From an uncultured bacterium (lineage in GTDB: Bacteria > Muiribacteriota > Ozemobacteria > Ozemobacterales > Ozemobacteraceae): a stretch of DNA of 61,456 nt. The position numbers and the translations under genes are program-made. Location: contig CAMJNS010000005.1 of assembly GCA_946407375.1 (NCBI GenBank), positions 1-61,456 on the forward strand. The letters run 5' to 3'. This document shows, piece by piece, positions 53,817 through 61,456 of the stretch; the stretch's first letter is position 1; every line of letters begins with the position of its first letter. The notes under the pieces were generated by a model, which made no database searches, had not been told where the DNA came from, and worked only from the letters and a program-made list of their open reading frames with translations.

Positions 53817-53896
53817 CTTATCACCTATCACCTATCACCTATCACAGAAGGTTTTTCCTTATTCCCTCAATTCCTTAATTCCTTAATACCTAATAA
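53817..53896. repeat. Two adjacent heptamer tandem repeats (ATCACCT x3-4; ATTCCTT/AATTCCT units)
   Basis: CTTATCACCTATCACCTATCACCTATCACA ... CCTTATTCCCTCAATTCCTTAATTCCTTAATACCTAATAA. Confidence 0.75.
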
Positions 53897-54051
53897 ATAT
53901 ATTGTTATCTTGAAAAGTTTATTGTAAACTATTTAGGATTAAGTAGTTATTGTTGTTGATAGTTATCGTTGTTATTGTTTAAAGAGTAATATCTAACAAC
54001 ATTTTACAATAATGACTAGGTAAGAATTTATAAAATTCACAGGAGATAATA

Positions 54052-56271
54052 ATGGCTCAGATAGTTGGTCAGAACGAAATTGATTTGATTATCGGTACAA
54101 ACCACCATGATCCCTATCAGGTTTTAGGTGCTCATGAATGTGAACAGGAAGGCAAAAAGGTTGTTGCAGTAAGAGCTTTTTTACCAGATGCAGTTAAAGC
54201 TGAAGTTATCGATTTGAATACAGGCACTGCTTTTCCAATGGAAAAACTCCATGATGCAGGCTTTTTTGAAGCTGTAATCAAAGAAAGAACTCAAGTTTTC
54301 CCATATCGTATCAAAAGTTATTACGAAAACGGTGCTAGTGCAGAATTTTATGATTCTTATGCTTTTATGCCAACAATTGGTGAAATGGACCAATACTATT
54401 TCAGTCAGGGCAATCACCACGAATTATACGAAAAACTCGGTGCTCATATAAGATATTTTGATTATTTCAAAGATAAACTTGGTGGTGTTTCATTTGCAGT
54501 TTGGGCTCCAAATGCTCGTCGTGTTAGTGTAATTGGCGATTTTAACAGATGGGATGGTCGCCGTCACGTTATGAGAAGTCTCGGCACCTCTGGTGTTTGG
54601 GAAATATTTATTCCTGGCTTACAGACTGGTCAGAACTACAAATTTGAAATAAAGACCAAAGACGGTGCTTTATTAGAAAAATGTGACCCATTTGCATTCT
54701 ATGCAGAAGTAAGACCAAAAACAGCTAGTAAGATTTATGATTTAGCTGGTTACCAGTGGAACGATAATGAATGGATGACCTCTAGAGCCGAAAAAGATTG
54801 GCATAAAGAACCAGTTTCAATCTATGAATGTCATCTAGGCTCATTCATGCGTAATGCTGAAGAAGGTAACCGTTTTCTGACCTATCGTGAATTGGCACCT
54901 ATTATTGCTGATTATGTTAAGGAACAGGGCTATACTCACGTTGAATTACTTCCAGTAACTGAACACCCATTAGATATTTCCTGGGGCTATCAGGTAACAG
55001 GTTATTTTGCACCAACAAGCCGTTTTGGTAATCCAAAAGACTTTATGTATTTCGTTGATTATATGCATAAAGAAGGTATTGGTGTTATATTAGACTGGGT
55101 TCCAGCTCACTTCCCAAAAGATTCTCACGGTCTTGCCAAGTTCGATGGAACAGCTCTTTTTGAACATGCTGACCCAAGACAGGGCGAACACAAAGATTGG
55201 GGTACTCTAATATTCAACTTTGGTAGAAACGAAGTTAGAAACTTCCTAATCAGCAGTGCATTGTTCTGGTTAGATAAATATCACGCAGATGGTTTAAGAG
55301 TTGACGCTGTTGCTTCAATGCTTTACTTAGACTATTCAAGAAAAGCAAATGAATGGGTTCCCAATAAGTTTGGTGGACGTGAAAATCTCGAAGCTATCGA
55401 CTTCTTGAGACAGATGAACACAGTTTGCCAAGAATTACATCCTGGCACTATGAATATAGCTGAAGAATCAACAGCCTTCCCAATGGTTTCAAGACCAGCT
55501 TCAGAAGGTGGTTTAGGTTTCACATTCAAATGGAATATGGGTTGGATGAACGATACCCTTTCATATTTCCAGAAAGACCCAATCTACAGAAAATATCATC
55601 ACAACAACCTTACTTTCCCGTTGATTTATGCTTTCAACGAAAACTTCATTTATGTTCTTTCTCATGATGAAGTTGTTCATGGAAAAGGCAATTTGATTAA
55701 CAAAATGCCTGGTGATTTCTGGCAGAAGTTTGCTAACTTGAGACTTTTGTTCAGTATGATGTGGACAATGCCTGGTAAGAAGCTTGTATTTATGGGTTCT
55801 GACTTCGGTCAGTGGAATGAATGGAATTCTAACCAGAGTCTTGATTGGCACTTATTAGAATTCGACTCTAACCGTGGTGTAAAGAGCCTCATTGGTCATC
55901 TCAACTATTTGTATAGAACTGAACCTTCACTTTACAGAAAAGACTGCGACGGTTCTGGCTTTGAATGGATAAGCTTCGATAATGTTGATGAAAGCGTAAT
56001 TAGCTGGATAAGAAAAGGCGAAAGCGATGATGATATAACATTATTCGTTGCTAACTTTACTCCAGTTCCTCATAGCAACTATCGTGTTGGTGTTCCAAGA
56101 GAAGGCTTCTATCAGGAAATCCTAAATTCTGATTCTGATATGTATTTTGGTTCTAACATAGGCAACTATGGTGGAAGATGGAGTGAACAGTTCGGTTGCA
56201 ACGGTCGTGAAAATTCTATTTGTATCGAAGTTCCACCACTTGCAGTAGTTGGTTTTAAACTGAATAAATAA
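54052..56271 (+). CDS. glgB: 1,4-alpha-glucan branching enzyme
   Basis: 739-aa ORF. GH13 regions: [43 protein letters not shown]. Confidence 0.95.
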   Translation: MAQIVGQNEIDLIIGTNHHDPYQVLGAHECEQEGKKVVAVRAFLPDAVKAEVIDLNTGTAFPMEKLHDAGFFEAVIKERTQVFPYRIKSYYENGASAEFYDSYAFMPTIGEMDQYYFSQGNHHELYEKLGAHIRYFDYFKDKLGGVSFAVWAPNARRVSVIGDFNRWDGRRHVMRSLGTSGVWEIFIPGLQTGQNYKFEIKTKDGALLEKCDPFAFYAEVRPKTASKIYDLAGYQWNDNEWMTSRAEKDWHKEPVSIYECHLGSFMRNAEEGNRFLTYRELAPIIADYVKEQGYTHVELLPVTEHPLDISWGYQVTGYFAPTSRFGNPKDFMYFVDYMHKEGIGVILDWVPAHFPKDSHGLAKFDGTALFEHADPRQGEHKDWGTLIFNFGRNEVRNFLISSALFWLDKYHADGLRVDAVASMLYLDYSRKANEWVPNKFGGRENLEAIDFLRQMNTVCQELHPGTMNIAEESTAFPMVSRPASEGGLGFTFKWNMGWMNDTLSYFQKDPIYRKYHHNNLTFPLIYAFNENFIYVLSHDEVVHGKGNLINKMPGDFWQKFANLRLLFSMMWTMPGKKLVFMGSDFGQWNEWNSNQSLDWHLLEFDSNRGVKSLIGHLNYLYRTEPSLYRKDCDGSGFEWISFDNVDESVISWIRKGESDDDITLFVANFTPVPHSNYRVGVPREGFYQEILNSDSDMYFGSNIGNYGGRWSEQFGCNGRENSICIEVPPLAVVGFKLNK

Positions 56272-56295
56272 ATTAACAGTTTAGATTGATATAAA

Positions 56296-56326
56296 GAAAA
56301 ACGCCTGATTATCAGGCGTTTTTTTA
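56296..56326 (+). terminator. Rho-independent terminator after glgB
   Basis: AAAAACGCCTGAT-T-ATCAGGCGTTTTTTT. Confidence 0.85.
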
Positions 56327-56433
56327 TGTGTACATTGTTCTTTTTTATATCTATAAAGTATGTTATACTATAAAAATCTTGAAAAAAGCTGATATAGATT
56401 GTTATAGCAAAAACTAAAACAATACCCCTTGTA

Positions 56434-56633
56434 GAGGTTGTCTAAAAACTAGGTTTAAAAATAAAATAAATTGAGCTAATTTTGTGATTTTATTTTTCTA
56501 GATTGCCACGCTATCGCTCGAAATGACGATTTATGACCCAGTTCAGAGTATATAAACGTCATCGCGAGGTTCTGAAAGAACCGTGGCGATCCAGTAAAAA
56601 TTTAATGCATAAATCTAGTTTTTAGACAAGCTT
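56434..56633. mobile_element. MITE-like element, family B, copy 2 (complete)
   Basis: TIRs are GAGGTTGTCTAAAAACTAG and CTAGTTTTTAGACAAGCTT. The core GATTGCCACGCTATCGCTCGAAATGACG...CGTCATCGCGAGGTTCTGAAAGAACCGTGGCGATC is a nested palindrome. Confidence 0.8.
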
Positions 56634-56673
56634 TAAAAATGGGAGTATTAAATAAAAAGAAAGGTATTTTTAT

Positions 56674-58044
56674 ATGAGCGAACCCACTAAAGTTGGTATT
56701 CGTGATTCAGTAAAAGAGCTTGGTTGGCCAAAAACCTTGCTAATGGGTTTTCAACACATGTTCGCAATGTTTGGAGCCACAATATTAGTTCCTATACTTT
56801 TGTCTAGAGATAACTATTTTAACTTAAAAGAAGTTCCTGTCCAAGTTACTTTATTCTTTGCGGGTATTAACACTTTACTTTTTCATTTGTTTACTAAGTT
56901 TAAAGTCCCTGCATTTCTTGGTTCTTCTTTCGCATTTCTTGGTGGTTTTTCTACTGTAGCAAAATTAAATACTGGGATATATGCCGGGCTTTCGGGAGAA
57001 GAAAAACTTGCTTATGCTTGTGGAGGCGTAGTTGTTGCAGGTTTATTCTATTTGATTTTAGCCTTATTAGTAAAAGCTGTTGGAATGAAACGAGTCGTTC
57101 GTTACCTACCACCTGTTGTTACTGGACCAATTATTATTTTAATTGGCTTATCATTAGCTCCTTCAGCAGTTCAAAATGCTTCTACTAACTGGTATCTTGC
57201 TGCTACAGCTCTTGCTATTATTGTTGTCTGCAATATTTGGGGAAAAGGTATGATAAAGATTCTGCCAATTCTGTTAGGAGTAGTAGGTTCTTATATTGTA
57301 GCTTTTATTTGTTATCATTGTGGTCTTACCAATCCAGATGGCACTCAAATTCTAAATTTTGAAAAAGCCGCTGAATATGCTTCTCAAGGCATTTCAGGTT
57401 TTGTTAGTATACCGAAATTTGCTATGGCCAAGTTTGATATGCAAGCAATAATGATTATGGCTCCAATAGCTATAGCAACAATTATAGAACTTATAGGAAA
57501 TATATCTTCTATTTCTGCTACTATTGGTGAAAATCTTTTTGAAGACCCAGGTTTGGAAAGAGAACTTTTGGGCGATGGTCTAGCTTCGTCTATTTCAGGA
57601 TTCTTCGGTGGTCCGCCCTGCACTACTTATGGTGAAAATACAAGCGTTTTGGAATTAAGTAAAGTTTATGACACAAAAGTTGTTCGTATTGCAGCCTGCT
57701 ACGCTATAATTCTTAGCTTTAGCCCGGTTGTGGCTCAACTCATTGGCTCTGTTCCTTCATCCATAATTGGTGGGGTTTCTTTTATTCTTTATGGTATGAT
57801 TTCTGCTATAGGTATTAGAAATTTAGTTGAAAACAGAGTTGATTTTACTAATAGCCGAAATCTTATTATTGCCGCTCTTATATTGGTAACTGGTCTTGGT
57901 TTTAAATTTTGGAGTGCTCAAGATGGGGTCACTTTCGAAGTTCTAGGAACAAAGATAACATTGACGGCTCTTGCCCTAGCTTCAATTGTTGGTGTTGTTA
58001 CCAATGCTATTTTGCCTGATAAAAAAGCTGAAGATGTACAGTGA
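56674..58044 (+). CDS. NCS2-family nucleobase (uracil/xanthine) permease
   Basis: 456-aa polytopic ORF. GFQHMFAMFGATILVP and ..ELIGNISS..GENTSVL.. are typical of the uracil/xanthine permease family. Confidence 0.85.
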   Translation: MSEPTKVGIRDSVKELGWPKTLLMGFQHMFAMFGATILVPILLSRDNYFNLKEVPVQVTLFFAGINTLLFHLFTKFKVPAFLGSSFAFLGGFSTVAKLNTGIYAGLSGEEKLAYACGGVVVAGLFYLILALLVKAVGMKRVVRYLPPVVTGPIIILIGLSLAPSAVQNASTNWYLAATALAIIVVCNIWGKGMIKILPILLGVVGSYIVAFICYHCGLTNPDGTQILNFEKAAEYASQGISGFVSIPKFAMAKFDMQAIMIMAPIAIATIIELIGNISSISATIGENLFEDPGLERELLGDGLASSISGFFGGPPCTTYGENTSVLELSKVYDTKVVRIAACYAIILSFSPVVAQLIGSVPSSIIGGVSFILYGMISAIGIRNLVENRVDFTNSRNLIIAALILVTGLGFKFWSAQDGVTFEVLGTKITLTALALASIVGVVTNAILPDKKAEDVQ

Positions 58045-58135
58045 TTCTTTCTTGTTTCATTGTTAGTTATAAAAGCAAAAACTTTTTTGTTAATTTATAG
58101 TATAATTAATAATAAATCTTTTTCGGAGAATATAA

Positions 58136-59329
58136 ATGATTAAGAAAATAGCTGGAGTATGGCTTTGTATTTTTCTTACTTCTTCTATAGTCTATGCTAC
58201 TTCACCTTTTGAAGGTGCTTCAATAAGCGGTGAAGAAAGATCTTCTGATAAAAATTTAGAAACATCCGATATTTCTACAAAGGTTGTTGAGGATGCAGAA
58301 TCTTCAGAATCGGCTACAGAAGAAAATGCAGAAGAATCTAATGATGATTCAAACAAATCAGACGGCAAATTCCCTGTAACAGGTACTATAGCAGCTAATA
58401 ATCTCAGAATTAGAGAATGGCCTTGGGGACCTGTATTAGGCAAATATAATTCAGGCACTAAAATTACTGTATTAGGTGTTTCCGGTGAGTTTTATGAAGT
58501 AATGGTAAATGGAGTAAAAGGTTACATGCATCGTAGCTATATTTCTATTCCTGGTGCCCAAGCTTCTCTCGCACTTCCTTCTTATCCTGGAGACACTAGA
58601 AACGGTGGTTATTTAACAAAAGAACAAGGAACAGAAAAGTCTAAGGATAGTGCTTCTGAAAAGAAAGATACTTCAAATAATAATAATGGCAATAATAGCA
58701 GTAACAATAATAATGGAAAAGCAATAATAACCGCAGATAGCCGCGTTCTTCATATTGGTGATTCTCACTGTATGGGAATTTATGGAAAAACCATTGATGG
58801 TTTGATGCGTGAAACTGGTGCGACTGTCAAGACAGAAGCATTCGGTGGTGCTAATCCACAATGGTATATGAATGGACAACTTGGTGTTTGTGGTTCTTAT
58901 TCAAAAGATGAAAACGGTAAGGAAGTAACAACTGGGGCAAATCAGAAAAATACTCCATTGCTTAAAGATATGTTAGGTTCCTATAAGCCAAATGTTCTTG
59001 TTGTTTCACTTGGAGCCAATATGCTTGCTTATCCTGAATCTACTCAAAGAAGTATGGTTACTAATCTTCTTGATCAAGCTAAAGCCGCTGGTTGTAAGAT
59101 TGTTTGGGTTGGACCGCCTGATAGTAGCAAACTTAGTGATAGTTCTAATGAAAAGCTTTATAAGGTTTTGCAGTCAGAATTGCCTAAATATGATGGTGTT
59201 TTAATTGACTCAAGAAAATATACTAAATATCCTCCAGGTGGCGATGGTATACATTATTGGGGAGATGAAGGTGTAAAACAAGCTAAAAATTGGGCTAATG
59301 AAGCTATGAATGTCATGACTGGTAAATAA
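58136..59329 (+). CDS. Secreted SH3b-domain / SGNH (GDSL-like) hydrolase
   Basis: Signal peptide. SH3b: NLRIREWPWGPVLGKYNSGTKITVLGVSGEFYEVMVNGVKGYMHRSYI. Asn-rich linker. SGNH blocks: HIGDSHCMG (I), SLGANML (III), GDGIHYW (V). Confidence 0.7.
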   Translation: MIKKIAGVWLCIFLTSSIVYATSPFEGASISGEERSSDKNLETSDISTKVVEDAESSESATEENAEESNDDSNKSDGKFPVTGTIAANNLRIREWPWGPVLGKYNSGTKITVLGVSGEFYEVMVNGVKGYMHRSYISIPGAQASLALPSYPGDTRNGGYLTKEQGTEKSKDSASEKKDTSNNNNGNNSSNNNNGKAIITADSRVLHIGDSHCMGIYGKTIDGLMRETGATVKTEAFGGANPQWYMNGQLGVCGSYSKDENGKEVTTGANQKNTPLLKDMLGSYKPNVLVVSLGANMLAYPESTQRSMVTNLLDQAKAAGCKIVWVGPPDSSKLSDSSNEKLYKVLQSELPKYDGVLIDSRKYTKYPPGGDGIHYWGDEGVKQAKNWANEAMNVMTGK

Positions 59330-59345
59330 ATTAATTAAATTGTAA

Positions 59346-59387
59346 AAACACAAAAAAGCTCTTCGAAAGAAGAGCTTTTTTGTGTTT
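59346..59387 (+). terminator. Rho-independent terminator after the SH3b-SGNH hydrolase gene
   Basis: AAACACAAAAAAGCTCTTC-GAAA-GAAGAGCTTTTTTGTGTTT. Confidence 0.85.
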
Positions 59388-59464
59388 ACATGGTTGAAGT
59401 AGTAGTTTTTTTTTGGTTTTATAAAAAGAAGTAGATTTTAAAATTTTAAAAAGGAATATCTGTG

Positions 59465-59908
59465 ATGAAAATAGCAGTTACTTATGAAAATGGTGAAGTA
59501 TTCCAACATTTTGGTCATACTTCTACTTTTAAATTTTATGAAGTAAAAGAAGATAAAGTAGTTTCTTCTGAAGTGGTTCCTACTAATGGTAGTGGTCATG
59601 GAGCTCTTTCTGCTTTTCTAGCCCAACATGGAGTTAATAAGCTTATTTGTGGCGGAATAGGAGCTGGAGCTAAAACTGCTCTTGCAGAAAAGAATATTGA
59701 AATTTTTGGCGGAGTTACTGGTAATACAGATCAAAGAGTTAATGAACTAATTGCTGGTAAATTGAAATATGATCCAGATAAAGTTTGCAGTCATCATCAT
59801 GATGATGATCATGATTGTGGCGAAGATCACCAAGGTTGCTCTGGCAATTGTTCTTCAAATAAACCAAGTATATCTATATTAAAACCAGGTTCTTTATTAA
59901 AAAGATAA
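59465..59908 (+). CDS. NifB/NifX-family (dinitrogenase FeMo-cofactor-binding-like) domain protein with a His/Cys-rich tail
   Basis: MKIAVTYENGEVFQHFGHTSTFKFYEV...KLICGGIGAGAKTALAEKNIEIF. Tail CSHHHDDDHDCGEDHQGCSGNC. The ORF track start at 59462 is a GTG one codon upstream. Confidence 0.7.
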   Translation: MKIAVTYENGEVFQHFGHTSTFKFYEVKEDKVVSSEVVPTNGSGHGALSAFLAQHGVNKLICGGIGAGAKTALAEKNIEIFGGVTGNTDQRVNELIAGKLKYDPDKVCSHHHDDDHDCGEDHQGCSGNCSSNKPSISILKPGSLLKR

Positions 59909-59910
59909 TC

Positions 59911-59975
59911 TCTGCGAGGCGAATTTATTCGCCGTGGCGTTGCTGAAAGTAAAACGAAGTCCATCTCTAGAAAAA
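59911..59975. repeat. Family-B derived fragment (inverted orientation)
   Basis: In CTGCGAGGCGAATTTATTCGCCGTGGCGTTGCTGAAAGTAAAACGAAGTCCATC, the second half is the reverse complement of 44252-44280 (GATGGACTTCGTTTTGCTTTCAGCAACGC) with one mismatch. Confidence 0.6.
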
Positions 59976-60149
59976 ATATTACCAATAATGACACAGTTTC
60001 GCTTATTCGACATATTTCTCCTCTTGCGACCTCTGTAAACATCTATCATGAATAATTTTTGAGGGAACGGTCTTATTTGGAGAAAAAAGTCTCGCGTCTT
60101 ACTGTTATTATTGTTTTAATTATTAATCACGAAAGATTCATTAATAAAA

Positions 60150-60167
60150 GAAAAAGTTTGCGTTTGC
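60150..60167 (+). repeat. 18-nt direct repeat AAAAAGTTTGCGTTTGCC, copy 3
   Basis: See copy 1. Confidence 0.8.
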
Positions 60168-60242
60168 CCTGGGTTTTCTATTTATTTACAGACTAATGTA
60201 GTAATCTCTAAGTGTTATCAAAATTGTGTTAATACTTAGAGA

Positions 60243-60953
60243 TTACTTTTCATTTTTTAGTTGAGTTTCTTCAATAGGTTTTGGCGGAACAAGGTCAGGA
60301 CGGAGAAATTCGGTAATTATGTGGGCAATTTTTTCTCTATGAACTACATAGCTACCAAGACCTTCTCCGTCTATTATTTTTAGGCTTGCATTAGGTATTT
60401 GAGAAGCTATATGTTTTACATGTTCTTCTAAAACTAAGTCATGATTGCCTATTAAAACAAAGGTTTTGCATTTTATTTGTTGCAACTCTTCATCTGTAAT
60501 GTTTGGTTGTTCTAAAAGCATTCTGAATCTTGCTGTAGGATGAAAAAAGTTGAACATTTTGAATGCGTAATAGGTCCAGGGTTTAATTCCTTTTGGATTT
60601 GTGTTAACTCCACTGATTATAAGATTCTTTAAAAGATCAGGATATTTTGAAGCTACTATTAAACCAATTATTCCGCCATCTGCTAAGCCATAATAGGAAC
60701 AACCATCTAGGTTTAAAGCTTTTATAAAGGCATATATGTCTTCTGCCATTATTCGGTAGTCTAGATTATTTGTTTGAGTGCTATTCCCATGCCCGCGACT
60801 GTCTATAAGATAGCAAGTAAAGTTTTTGGATAGAACTTCGGAAGCTGTATCGAATATTGTATGATCTTCACTATTCCCGTGAACCATAATAAGAGGTTCA
60901 CCCTTCCCTACCACTTCATAGTATAGTTCTATATCGTTTACTTTGATTATCAT
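60243..60953 (-). CDS. Alpha/beta-fold hydrolase family protein (nucleophile elbow reads G-L-A-D-G)
   Basis: 236-aa ORF with LIMVHGNSEDHTIF and DSRGHGNS. The elbow is YYGLADGGIIG. Confidence 0.75.
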   Translation of the reverse strand: MIIKVNDIELYYEVVGKGEPLIMVHGNSEDHTIFDTASEVLSKNFTCYLIDSRGHGNSTQTNNLDYRIMAEDIYAFIKALNLDGCSYYGLADGGIIGLIVASKYPDLLKNLIISGVNTNPKGIKPWTYYAFKMFNFFHPTARFRMLLEQPNITDEELQQIKCKTFVLIGNHDLVLEEHVKHIASQIPNASLKIIDGEGLGSYVVHREKIAHIITEFLRPDLVPPKPIEETQLKNEK

Positions 60954-61123
60954 ATTCTGTAGCCTTTAGTATTTGCTAAAAGTTTATTAACTCAACATAT
61001 ATTCTATTGTAGCACTGTAAATACTATTATGGTATAACATTTGTATAAAATTTTTAGTAAAGATTTTTCAATAAGTTTAAAATCTGTTTCAATTATCAGA
61101 AAAATTTCAAAAATAGGGGGAAT

Positions 61124-61354
61124 ATGAGTCTTATGATGATAGAAAGAAATACGAAACGTAGCACTCCTAGTATTTTTCAAAAAAAGAATAATAAAGTTAA
61201 GGGTTATGTTGATAGAGTAGCTAATGGTATTGTAGTTGTTATTATCAGAAATCCAGAGGATAAAGATTGTGTTAAAGAAATATTTATCCCAGTTAACAAA
61301 TTTCCAAAAGGAGTTCCTGAAGAAGGGGACTATATTTGTGTCACGATAGAATAA
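61124..61354 (+). CDS. Small DUF3006-like protein (putative)
   Basis: 76-aa ORF with GGGGG/A-rich RBS-like sequence upstream. VDRVANGIVVVI...IPVNKFPKGVPEEGDYICVTIE resembles DUF3006 (from memory). Confidence 0.45.
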   Translation: MSLMMIERNTKRSTPSIFQKKNNKVKGYVDRVANGIVVVIIRNPEDKDCVKEIFIPVNKFPKGVPEEGDYICVTIE

Positions 61355-61357
61355 CTC

Positions 61358-61399
61358 GTGAGTGGTAAGTGGTAAGTGGTATGTGATGGGTGATAGGTT
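61358..61399. repeat. Heptamer tandem repeat (GGTAAGT / GTGATGG units)
   Basis: CGTGAGTGGTAAGTGGTAAGTGGTATGTGATGGGTGATAGGT. The 3' part is the reverse complement of the ATCACCT unit at 53817. Confidence 0.7.
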
Positions 61400-61414
61400 C
61401 TAAAGCTTCCCCTT

Positions 61415-61456
61415 GAGAGGTTGTCCGAAAACTTGAAATTAGCTAAATAATTAGTA
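61415..61456. mobile_element. MITE-like element, family A, copy 4 (left end only; cut by the window edge)
   Basis: GAGAGGTTGTCCGAAAACTTGAAATTAGCTAAATAATTAGTA matches 32865-32907 almost base for base. Confidence 0.7.

Noticed and set aside
53682-53927. An 81-aa ORF upstream of glgB.
   Set aside because: It spans the hairpin array and the heptamer repeats (its translation contains ..ITYHLSPITE.. from ATCACCT units). This is a repeat artefact.

Overview
This is an AT-rich bacterial chromosomal window of 61.5 kb. I support about 57 protein-coding genes and found no rRNA, tRNA or CRISPR array by eye. Product names come from motif recognition in the translated ORFs only; no searches were run.

Housekeeping genes:
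- ftsH, rapZ, rph, rdgB and glgB.
- An NCS2 uracil/xanthine permease, an M42 peptidase, an ABC-2 transporter pair and an AI-2E transporter.

Accessory material interleaved with them:
- (a) A co-directional block of orphan secreted or membrane-anchored proteins at 0.1-7.9 kb.
- (b) A small mobile or decaying zone at 16.6-20.3 kb. It holds an intact Phd/PIN toxin-antitoxin pair, a GNAT, a MITE-truncated Phd/PIN paralogue, an RHH antitoxin with a frameshifted ParE/RelE toxin, and a tyrosine integrase.
- (c) Two paralogous SLH/coiled-coil/beta-barrel (OmpM-type) outer-membrane tether porins. One lies directly downstream of a membrane-domain::GT26 (TagA/WecB) fusion.
- (d) An FHA-GAF-degenerate-GGDEF signalling gene.
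- (e) The most system-like unexplained locus: a tightly coupled six-gene operon at 38.2-44.0 kb. It joins SH3b/NlpC-P60-like cell-wall hydrolase-type proteins to three pseudopilin-like proteins, with no pilus machinery nearby.
- (f) A translationally coupled operon of a divergent DnaB-family ATPase, a TPR protein and a HEAT protein with a His-rich tail, at 44.7-49.6 kb.

Intergenic DNA is unusually repeat-rich, with four classes:
- Two MITE-like families that share one terminal inverted repeat but carry different palindromic cores.
- GC-rich mini-hairpin modules and arrays that stand out from the AT-rich background.
- Heptanucleotide tandem repeats resembling cyanobacterial STRRs, placed right after stop codons.
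- An 18-nt direct repeat present three times, one copy next to the integrase.

Lineage (inference only): a diderm with OmpM-type outer-membrane tethering and cyanobacteria-like repeat biology, for example a non-photosynthetic cyanobacterial sister group or a Negativicutes-like lineage.
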